Source: a virus. Taken from it: a stretch of DNA of 59,833 bases. Both the position numbers and the translations under genes were made by a program. The stretch lies in the IMG/VR virus record IMGVR_UViG_3300020185_000003. The stretch is one strand, 5' to 3'. The notes under the pieces were generated by a model. It ran no database searches and was not told the DNA's origin. It was given only the letters and a program-made list of their open reading frames with translations. This document shows, one piece after another, positions 52,677-59,833 of this stretch. The first letter of the stretch is position 1. Every line of letters begins with the position of its first letter.

Positions 52677-53106
52677 AATTATCGTCCATTGTTCTGCAAC
52701 TCGTGAGGGTCAAGAGATAAGTGTTGACACGATTCGTCAGTGGCACATAAGAAGAGGGTGGAGTGATATTGGATATCACTTTGTAATATACCTTGACGGA
52801 AGTGTTCACGAAGGAAGACCCCTTGAAAGAATTGGTGCTCACACTATTGGGCACAACAGGAATAGCATTGGTGTTTGTTACATTGGTGGTATGAACAAAA
52901 AATATACAAAGGCAAAAGACACAAGGACTGCTGCTCAAAAAGAAAGTCTTAAAAATTTATTAATGTCCTATAAGAACAAATACAAGGACATAAAAATTTA
53001 TGGACATCGTGATTTTGCTAATAAGGCTTGTCCGAGTTTTGATGCCACATCAGAATATAAATGGATAAGCGATGGAAAAAACGAAACCCCCAAAGAAGAA
53101 GTTTAG
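52660..53106 (+). CDS. N-acetylmuramoyl-L-alanine amidase (PGRP / T7-lysozyme-like endolysin)
   Basis: IIVHCSAT...WH..RGWSDIGYHFVI...GAHT.GHN..SIGVCY.GG...GHRDF..KACPSF. Confidence 0.85.
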   Translation: MREINEIIVHCSATREGQEISVDTIRQWHIRRGWSDIGYHFVIYLDGSVHEGRPLERIGAHTIGHNRNSIGVCYIGGMNKKYTKAKDTRTAAQKESLKNLLMSYKNKYKDIKIYGHRDFANKACPSFDATSEYKWISDGKNETPKEEV

Positions 53107-53542
53107 AGAAACCAAATTAGGCATTTGGTTAAAGGAGAAGTCTCCTAAAATATTAGAGATAGCAGGAGACCTGCTTCCTGATGCGGGACTATTGGGTGCT
53201 ATTGGGAAACTAATAGAGAAGGACCCCGTTCTTACTCCTGAAGAAAAGACAGAAGCACACAATCAAATCAAGGAACTGTACCAATTAGAGGTAGCAGATA
53301 GAGATTCAGCACGTAAAAGAGAGGTCGGTATAGCACAAACAGGTAGGTTTGACCTTATGTTTAACCTAACAGGAGTAATCGGCTTAGGGGCTTTTGTGTT
53401 TATTATCTATGCTATAGTTTTTCTTGAGGTTCCGCCCGAGAATAAGGAGGTTTGGATACACCTAATAGGTATATGTGAGGGTGTTGTCTTGTCTATTTTC
53501 GGATACTTCTTTGGAAGTGCGGTGAAAAAAAATGTAAATTAA
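53072..53542 (+). CDS. membrane protein with two C-terminal TM helices (lysis-associated candidate)
   Basis: 156 aa. It overlaps the amidase end, and the TM segments are GVIGLGAFVFIIYAIVFL and IGICEGVVLSIFGYFFG. Confidence 0.6.
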   Translation: MEKTKPPKKKFRETKLGIWLKEKSPKILEIAGDLLPDAGLLGAIGKLIEKDPVLTPEEKTEAHNQIKELYQLEVADRDSARKREVGIAQTGRFDLMFNLTGVIGLGAFVFIIYAIVFLEVPPENKEVWIHLIGICEGVVLSIFGYFFGSAVKKNVN

Positions 53543-53548
53543 AAAGTT

Positions 53549-53556
53549 TATCTTTG
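53549..53556 (+). promoter_or_regulatory. -7 promoter box, TTATCTTTGTAA family
   Basis: TATCTTTG lies 33 nt upstream of ATG 53590. Confidence 0.6.
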
Positions 53557-53589
53557 TAAGCAATAAGGTAAGGTAAAAAGACAGTATAG

Positions 53590-54312
53590 ATGGCAAGAAT
53601 CAGCACATATCCTATTGACTCTAACGTTGTCGGTTCCGATAAATGGATTGGCACGGATAGTCAGGACAATAAAAAAACAAAAAACTTTACGGCTGATGGC
53701 GTTGCTGCTTTTTTTAACACAAAAGGCATTATTGAGTCACAGGCACTAAGGTATACATATCAAAATGTAGGTTTAGGCGACACAAGACTAAACGAAACAA
53801 TTTCTTTCTCAACTGAGTTAGGGAATAGTGTTTTGTTTTCAAGTATATCAAGTTGGATGATAAGCAAGTATGCTAAACCAAACAAATTGGTCGAAACATT
53901 CTACACTGCCCCTCTTGTTGGGAGGCAAATTTTAATTAGTAACGCAGCAAATCCTTCAGATTGGGCAATTTTTGATTGGGATTCATCCACTAAAAGCACA
54001 CTTGACCAAAATTTCTACGACATTGGGCTAACACTTATCAACTCTTCGGGAGAATTGGTGGATGGACAAGATTATTTTATTTCATTACTTGGAAATACTT
54101 CAGGCGGTGGAGGTGGTGACAAAAATTTTGTCTACAACCAACCAACACCTTCTTTAATATGGAATGTTGTACACAATCTTGACAAGTACCCTTCTGTTTC
54201 TGTTGTAGATTCTGCCGGAACCACTGTGTTCGGGAACGTACAATATATAAATGTAAACGAACTAACGATAACCTTTAATGGGGCGTTCTCCGGCAAGGCT
54301 TTTATTAATTAA
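53590..54312 (+). CDS. fibre/receptor-binding-module protein sharing its N-terminal module with 1047..1304
   Basis: 240 aa, starting MARISTYPIDSNVVGSDKWIGTD..TKNF, with a GGGGG linker. It lies directly upstream of the fibre genes. Confidence 0.6.
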   Translation: MARISTYPIDSNVVGSDKWIGTDSQDNKKTKNFTADGVAAFFNTKGIIESQALRYTYQNVGLGDTRLNETISFSTELGNSVLFSSISSWMISKYAKPNKLVETFYTAPLVGRQILISNAANPSDWAIFDWDSSTKSTLDQNFYDIGLTLINSSGELVDGQDYFISLLGNTSGGGGGDKNFVYNQPTPSLIWNVVHNLDKYPSVSVVDSAGTTVFGNVQYINVNELTITFNGAFSGKAFIN

Positions 54313-54340
54313 AAACAAAAACAAAAACAAAAACAAAAAC
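54311..54340. repeat. microsatellite (AAAAAC)x5
   Basis: Five perfect tandem copies in the 36-nt gap before ATG 54349. Confidence 0.95.
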
Positions 54341-54348
54341 AAACAATT

Positions 54349-56439
54349 ATGGCTATTAAATTTTTAGACAGTATTGACATTACGGGTGGAGAAATCCAAA
54401 ACGTATTAGTTCAAAACTTAGCGACTGACCCAACGGGGCTTGGGGCAGGGCAAATCTACTACAACACATCCTCGAATGCGTTGAAGTACTTCAATGGTTC
54501 TGCTTGGACAACCTTGGCAGCATCAGGTGTTGGTATTTCTTCTGTTTCAGGAGGACCCGGTATCACTGTTAACACAGTAGGTCAAGCGGCAACTGTTTCT
54601 CCTGATTACTTAGGTTCTGACAACATTATCCTTAGTTCTGCAGCCTATGGCGCAGGAGACATCTCAGGTTCAGACATTATTATGTTTAGCGATGCTACTG
54701 ATAGTAATGTTAAGAAGGCTTCTATCAGCCAATTACCGTTCACAAACAATGTTGGTACGGTAACAAGTGTTGGTACTGCTAACTCAACTTTCATTTCAGG
54801 TTCAGGAACTGTTACAAGTTCAGGAAACTTAACTTATAGTTTGAGTGCTACAGGAACTGCAAGTTCTTCTACTTACTTACGTGGTGATAATACTTGGGCT
54901 ACTGTTCCTGCAGGATACAATGGATTCACACTTCAAGGTGATTCAGGAACTGCTGATACTATCGCAAGTGGAGACACTGTCGACATTGCAGGTGGGGTAG
55001 GTCTTAGCAGTGCTATCGCAACTGTTGGAACGGTTTCTACTCTTACTGTAAACTTGGACAACACTGCGGTTACTGCAGGTGCTTACACCTCAGCGAACAT
55101 TACAGTTGATGCTCAAGGACGTATTACTTCTGCTGCCAACGGTGCTTCAGGAACTATGTCTTCATTTACAGTTGCTTCTGATTCAGGAACTTCTCAAAGC
55201 ATCACTAACGGAAATACTCTTACCATTTCAGGTGGAACGGGGCTATCAGGTGTTGCAAGTGCTACAGATACCATTACTATCAATCACGATAATAACGGTA
55301 CTGCAGGTACATACGCTTATCCTTCATCTATTACTACTAATGCTCAAGGTCACGTTACTGCAGTAGTTGCAGGTTCTGCTCCGGGCACAATGAGTTCTTG
55401 GACTCTTGCAGGTGATAGCGGTACTTCTCAAACTATTGCAGATGGCAACACTGTTGACATTGCGGGTGGCGAAGGTATTGTTACTGCAGCAAGCGCAACT
55501 GATACGTTGACAGTAACTCTTGACCTTACTGAGTTACCTGTAAGAACTGTGCCTATTGATTCTGCAGCCGACTATATTGTTGGATTGTTTGACAAGGGTG
55601 CTGACCAAAATAAAACGTTTGTAAGAGACTTTACTCTTAGTATGTGGAGTGCTCCAACGGCAGACCTTAGTATTGGCTCAAACAAACTTATCAATGTTAA
55701 TGACCCAACTTTGGCTCAAGATGCTGCAACTAAGAACTATGTGGACACTACATTCGCAGGTTCAGGTGCTCTTATCTTCCAAGGAGGATATGACGCAACA
55801 ACTGCTGCTCCATCTGTTGGTGTAAAACAAGGTTGGACATACGCAGTAACTGCTGCAGGTACAGGTCTTCCTGCAGGATATTGGAGTCCTGCATTGGAAG
55901 TTGGTGATTTGATTATCGCTAATGTAGATGCTCCTTCAACTGCTGCAGATTGGACTGAGGTTAACAAGAACATTGACGTTGCTACTGCAACCGTTCAAGG
56001 TATTGCGAACTTCCCAACTACAGGAGGTCTTAGTGTTTCTTCAGGTGCGGTTAGCCTTGCTAACGTAGGTACTGCGGTAACTAACTTAGGTAGCGCAAGC
56101 GAGTCTTTGAAGATTACGACTGATGCAAAAGGTAGAGTGTCTGCTGCTTCTAAACAAGCAATTGCAATCACCTCATCTCAGGTTACTAACTTTGCGACTT
56201 CTGTTTCAAGTATTGTTGCGGGCACTAAGTTTGTTGACAGTATTGGTGATGGAGTATCCGTTTCTTATCCTGTTAGCCACAACTTGAATAACATTAATGT
56301 TATGGTTCAGTGTTTCAATAACACGACAGGTGAAACTATTTATGCAACGGTAGTTCGTGTAGACCCCAACACTGTTCAGGTGGACTTTAGAACTCCTCCT
56401 GCAGTGAATGATATCAGTGTAATGGTTCTATCAATGTAA
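54349..56439 (+). CDS. tail fibre protein with three ~78-aa tandem repeats
   Basis: 696 aa, G/S/T/A-rich. It has repeats GDSGTADTIASGDTVDIAGG.. / SDSGTSQSITNGNTLTISGG.. / GDSGTSQTIADGNTVDIAGG.. (about 54937..55530). The N-terminus GQIYYNTSSNALKYFNGSAWTT is fibre-like. Confidence 0.8.
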   Translation: MAIKFLDSIDITGGEIQNVLVQNLATDPTGLGAGQIYYNTSSNALKYFNGSAWTTLAASGVGISSVSGGPGITVNTVGQAATVSPDYLGSDNIILSSAAYGAGDISGSDIIMFSDATDSNVKKASISQLPFTNNVGTVTSVGTANSTFISGSGTVTSSGNLTYSLSATGTASSSTYLRGDNTWATVPAGYNGFTLQGDSGTADTIASGDTVDIAGGVGLSSAIATVGTVSTLTVNLDNTAVTAGAYTSANITVDAQGRITSAANGASGTMSSFTVASDSGTSQSITNGNTLTISGGTGLSGVASATDTITINHDNNGTAGTYAYPSSITTNAQGHVTAVVAGSAPGTMSSWTLAGDSGTSQTIADGNTVDIAGGEGIVTAASATDTLTVTLDLTELPVRTVPIDSAADYIVGLFDKGADQNKTFVRDFTLSMWSAPTADLSIGSNKLINVNDPTLAQDAATKNYVDTTFAGSGALIFQGGYDATTAAPSVGVKQGWTYAVTAAGTGLPAGYWSPALEVGDLIIANVDAPSTAADWTEVNKNIDVATATVQGIANFPTTGGLSVSSGAVSLANVGTAVTNLGSASESLKITTDAKGRVSAASKQAIAITSSQVTNFATSVSSIVAGTKFVDSIGDGVSVSYPVSHNLNNINVMVQCFNNTTGETIYATVVRVDPNTVQVDFRTPPAVNDISVMVLSM

Positions 56440-56456
56440 TAATTAAACTATAAATA

Positions 56457-56484
56457 GGGGGAGTGTCTTCAAAGACACTCTCCC
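56457..56484 (+). terminator. extended stem-loop on PAL16 copy N (possible terminator; no T-run)
   Basis: GGGGGA-GTGTCTTCAAAGACAC-TCTCCC, 18 nt after stop 56439. Confidence 0.4.
56463..56478. repeat. PAL16 copy N (GTGTCTTCAAAGACAC, exact)
   Basis: Intergenic, between the two fibre genes. Confidence 0.95.
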
Positions 56485-56523
56485 ATATTTATAAAAAGAA
56501 ACTTAATTTAAAAAAAATCATAG

Positions 56524-59500
56524 ATGTCAATAACTATTTTAGACTCAACCACTGTTGACGGAACCTTACTGATTAGTTCAATATCAAATTCCGCAACTGA
56601 TACCGACAGATTTGTTGTGTCGGATGGGGGCGTGTTGAAATATCGGACAGGTGCTCAGGTTCGGTCTGATATAGGTGCGGGCACAGGCAACGGTACTGTA
56701 ACATCTGTAACCGTTTCTGCAGGAGCAGGTTTATCGGGAGGTGGCACAGTTACTACTTCGGGAACTATCTCACTTGCTTTAGACTTAGGCGAATTGGGAA
56801 TTGGTGGCACTTTAGTTGGCACTGATTACATTATTGCCGAAAACGGAGGAGTAGACAACAAACAGTTGGTGTCTTCAATCCCTCTTAGTATTTTTAATAA
56901 CAACTCAGGATGGACCTCAAATACGGGGACCGTCACTTCTGTTGCTACTTCTTTACCTTTAACAGGTGGAACTATTACAGGAGCAGGAACAATTGGAATC
57001 AATCAAGCAAGCGGGTCACAGGATGGATATCTATCTGCTGAAGATTGGACAACCTTTAATGGAAAAAGTAATACAGTTGGAACCGTAACCTCTGTAGGAG
57101 GAACAGGTACTGTCAGTGGACTGACTCTGTCAGGCACTGTAACAACTTCGGGCAATCTAACCCTTGGCGGAACACTTGCTTTGACAAGCGCAAACGTCAC
57201 AACTGCTTTAGGATATACTCCCTATAATTCAACTAACCCGTCAGGATACACTACCAATACAGGTACTGTAACTTCTGTTGCAGTTGCAGCAGGGACAGGT
57301 ATGTCGGGCGGAGGCACAGTAACTACTTCAGGCACTGTAACATTGACTAACTCCGATAGGGGTTCTTCTCAAAACATATTTAAAAATGTAGCGGTATCAG
57401 GTCAGAGTTCTATTGTTGCAGATAGCAATAATGACACATTGACATTTGCAGCAGGTAATAACATTACACTAAGCACAAATGCGACTACCGATACTCTAAC
57501 AATAACGGCTAATATTAATCCCGGTGACATTACAGGTGTTACTGCTTCTGCTCCTTTAACAGGTGGCGGAACTTCAGGCGATATTACTGTTGGAATATCA
57601 CAATCATCAGATGCCACAGATGGATATCTTTCATCTGCTGATTGGAGAACATTCAATAGCAAAACATCTAATACAGGTACTGTTACTTCCGTTGGAGGTA
57701 CAGGTACTGTTAGCGGTCTTACTTTGTCAGGCACTGTAACAGGCTCAGGCAATCTTACTTTAGGAGGAACCTTAGCACTAACAAGTGCCAATGTAACGGG
57801 GGCTTTAGGGTACACTCCTTATAATGCCGCCAACCCTTCGGGATATACCACTAACACAGGTACAGTTACAAGTGTTGGAATATCACACGCAGGAAATGCA
57901 TTTACTGCAGGAACTGCAGTTACAACTTCAGGCACACTTGCTATTACTATGGCGGGTACTGCTGCTCAATACATTAACGGTCAAGGTAACTTGGTCACTT
58001 TCCCCGCTATTCCTCAAGGTGATATCACTGCAGTTGTTGCGGGAACAGGTTTAAGTGGAGGCGGCACAAGCGGTTCTGTTACTCTAACTAACTCAGCCCC
58101 TAACGTAACTACAAACTTGTCTACTACTACTGCGGCAGATTCAGTTACAGTTGTAAGTTCTGATGGTACTGATGCCCTTATCGCTGCTGCAAGTGATACT
58201 GATGCGGGCGTAATGACCTCTGATGACAGGAGAAAGTTAGATGGAATTGCCGATGGAGCAACGAATGTAACTAACAACAATCAACTGACTAATGGTGCAG
58301 GGTATATTACAGACGGTAATACAGGATGGAATAATACCTATGGATTCATTACTGCGTCTTCTACAGACACTTTAACAAACAAGTCAGGGAATATTTCTCA
58401 ATGGACAAACGATAGCGGCTACACAACAAACGTAGGCGATATTACAGGAGTAACTGCAGGTTCAGGATTAAGCGGTGGTGGTACAAGTGGTACGGTGACT
58501 TTAACAAACAGTGCACCAAACGTAACTACAAACCTTTCCACTACTACTACTGCAACCACGTTGACTGTTGTTAGTTCTGACGGAACAAATGCTACATTGC
58601 CTGCAGCCACAACAACTGTTGCGGGTGTTATGACAGGTGCTGACAAGTCTAAATTAGATGGCATCGCTGCGGGGGCAACCAACGTAACCAATAACAACCA
58701 ACTAACTAATGGTGCGGGATATACAACAAACGTAGGTGACATTACAGGTGTTACTGCGGGGACAGGTATTAGTGGTGGCGGTACTTCGGGAACTGTCACA
58801 ATAACTAATAGTGACAGAGGTTCTTCACAGAATATCTTTAAGAACGTTGCAGTTTCGGGTCAGACTTCTATTGTTGCTGACAGTAATAACGACACTCTTA
58901 CATTTGCTGCGGGAAACAATATAACGCTTACTACAAATGCGACTACAGATACTTTAACAATTACTGCTAACATTAACCCCGGAGATATTACAGGGGTTAC
59001 TGCAGGAACAGGTTTGAGTGGTGGTGGTACAAGTGGAACAGTGACTTTAAGTATTGATAGTACTGTTGCTACTTTAACAGGTACTCAAACATTCACTAAC
59101 AAATCAGGTAACATATCTCAATGGACAAATGATAGTGGATACACTACTAATGCAGGTACAGTACAAGGTGTATTTGCCGGGGATGGATTAACAGGAGGTG
59201 TGGATTTTGGAACATCAACAGGCACTTTAACCAATAGCGATAAAGGTTCTTCACAGAACATCTTTAAGGATATTCAAGTAGATGGTGTAAGTGTATTTAC
59301 CGCAGGAAACAATAATGATAGACTAAACTTTAAAAGTAGTTCATCAATTAGAATTGTGGCTGACCCGGCTACAAATAGCATTCAAGTAGACAACCTTTCT
59401 CCTGATACAGGAACTCCCGCTATACTTTCAAATGGTTCTACTCCATCTTTGAATAGTGGAATTACTGCAGCAGAAATAAGAAGTCTTATTGGAGCAGGTA

Positions 59501-59833
59501 CATCTTCCACAACAGGTACAGTTACTTCAGTTGGAATTGTTGCAGGAACGGGTATGTCGGGAGGTGGGACTATTACAAGTTCAGGCTCTGTTACTCTTAA
59601 CTGTACAATAGATTCTCCATCTGAAGTTGGATTAGGTAACTTATCATCAAATGGTAATTCCTTATCAGGTAATTTTACTGCAACAGGAAACATTACTGCG
59701 TACTCTGATGAAAGACTCAAGACAGACGTAGAGACTATTCCTAACGCTTTAGAGAAGGTTAATTCTCTTAGAGGCGTAACTTATACAAAAGACGGTGTTC
59801 GTGGCTTAGGAGTCATTGCACAGGAAATTGAGA
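56524..59833 (+). CDS. long tail fibre (3' end runs off the window; continues as 128..261; about 1147 aa in total)
   Basis: Hand-translated with no stop from ATG 56524 to the window end, in frame with 1..261. It is G/T/S/N-rich, has internal repeat pairs 57349..57546/58807..59004 and 58018..58305/58435..58722, and carries AGVMT..DK.KLDGI fibre-repeat motifs. Confidence 0.85.
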   Translation, partial: MSITILDSTTVDGTLLISSISNSATDTDRFVVSDGGVLKYRTGAQVRSDIGAGTGNGTVTSVTVSAGAGLSGGGTVTTSGTISLALDLGELGIGGTLVGTDYIIAENGGVDNKQLVSSIPLSIFNNNSGWTSNTGTVTSVATSLPLTGGTITGAGTIGINQASGSQDGYLSAEDWTTFNGKSNTVGTVTSVGGTGTVSGLTLSGTVTTSGNLTLGGTLALTSANVTTALGYTPYNSTNPSGYTTNTGTVTSVAVAAGTGMSGGGTVTTSGTVTLTNSDRGSSQNIFKNVAVSGQSSIVADSNNDTLTFAAGNNITLSTNATTDTLTITANINPGDITGVTASAPLTGGGTSGDITVGISQSSDATDGYLSSADWRTFNSKTSNTGTVTSVGGTGTVSGLTLSGTVTGSGNLTLGGTLALTSANVTGALGYTPYNAANPSGYTTNTGTVTSVGISHAGNAFTAGTAVTTSGTLAITMAGTAAQYINGQGNLVTFPAIPQGDITAVVAGTGLSGGGTSGSVTLTNSAPNVTTNLSTTTAADSVTVVSSDGTDALIAAASDTDAGVMTSDDRRKLDGIADGATNVTNNNQLTNGAGYITDGNTGWNNTYGFITASSTDTLTNKSGNISQWTNDSGYTTNVGDITGVTAGSGLSGGGTSGTVTLTNSAPNVTTNLSTTTTATTLTVVSSDGTNATLPAATTTVAGVMTGADKSKLDGIAAGATNVTNNNQLTNGAGYTTNVGDITGVTAGTGISGGGTSGTVTITNSDRGSSQNIFKNVAVSGQTSIVADSNNDTLTFAAGNNITLTTNATTDTLTITANINPGDITGVTAGTGLSGGGTSGTVTLSIDSTVATLTGTQTFTNKSGNISQWTNDSGYTTNAGTVQGVFAGDGLTGGVDFGTSTGTLTNSDKGSSQNIFKDIQVDGVSVFTAGNNNDRLNFKSSSSIRIVADPATNSIQVDNLSPDTGTPAILSNGSTPSLNSGITAAEIRSLIGAGTSSTTGTVTSVGIVAGTGMSGGGTITSSGSVTLNCTIDSPSEVGLGNLSSNGNSLSGNFTATGNITAYSDERLKTDVETIPNALEKVNSLRGVTYTKDGVRGLGVIAQEIE
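59707..59833. repeat. terminal overlap copy 2 (identical to 1..127)
   Basis: Base-by-base identity with the window start. Confidence 0.95.

Noticed and set aside
2856-56478. PAL16 copies as a CRISPR array, MITE or other mobile element.
   Set aside because: The copies are single 16-mers scattered at irregular kb-scale spacing. They have no flanking direct or inverted repeats and no spacer structure, and six copies are in-frame parts of genes.
2856-56478. PAL16 as a restriction-related signal, because it contains GTCTTC/GAAGAC (the BbsI-type type IIS site).
   Set aside because: The conserved unit is the whole 16-mer rather than the hexamer. Phages normally deplete restriction sites rather than enrich them. 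The overlap is noted only as a coincidence that could matter for cloning.
57003-59720. Five minus-strand ORFs (57003..57200, 57402..57815, 58014..58280, 58419..58799, 59382..59720).
   Set aside because: They are antisense shadows of the long G/T/S-rich fibre gene. The plus frame is open for the whole 3.3 kb and has recognisable fibre motifs.
56524-59833. Fibre internal repeats as the template/variable repeats of a diversity-generating retroelement.
   Set aside because: No reverse transcriptase is present in the genome. The differences between the copies are mostly synonymous and not adenine-specific.

Overview
The window is a complete, circularly closed genome of a tailed dsDNA phage. Bases 1-127 are identical to 59707-59833, so the unit length is 59,706 bp. 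The promoter type (TAnnTTTG -7 boxes), the lack of Shine-Dalgarno sites and the A-rich leaders point to a Bacteroidota (Flavobacteriia-like) host.

Layout:
- A rightward late block runs from about 47.3 kb across the junction to 30.9 kb. It carries a small-protein set, GroEL/GroES, a cluster of small basic proteins, lysis genes, three fibre genes, terminase, portal, scaffold, capsid, and giant virion proteins of 1622 and 2570 aa.
- A leftward early block runs from 46.8 kb down to 30.96 kb. It carries an amidoligase, a lytic transglycosylase, a GATase-GGCT fusion, a Rad52-like annealase plus exonuclease plus SSB, a VirE-type primase-helicase, an SNF2 helicase, nucleases and two DnaA-domain-IV-like HTH proteins.
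- One inverted regulator gene sits at 50189..50644, and one antisense tRNA-Arg(UCU) at 47760..47833.
- I recognised no DNA polymerase, RNA polymerase, integrase or repressor.

Most notable observations:
1. A textbook type-III hammerhead ribozyme lies on the minus strand (45023..45075) inside the early operon.
2. A 16-nt palindrome, GTGTCTT-CA/TG-AAGACAC, is present 14 times, in intergenic hairpins and also inside six coding sequences.
3. An anticodon-arm-less tRNA-like element (46058..46103) lies directly behind one such hairpin. Two consecutive gene junctions therefore read gene - hairpin - RNA-cleavage element.
4. A phage amidoligase sits with a fused Ntn-GATase / gamma-glutamyl(amine) cyclotransferase / Zn-ribbon protein.
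5. A GC-rich, almost T-free G-run tract lies in the divergent control region and is a candidate origin.

All functional calls are from motif recognition by eye. No database search was run.
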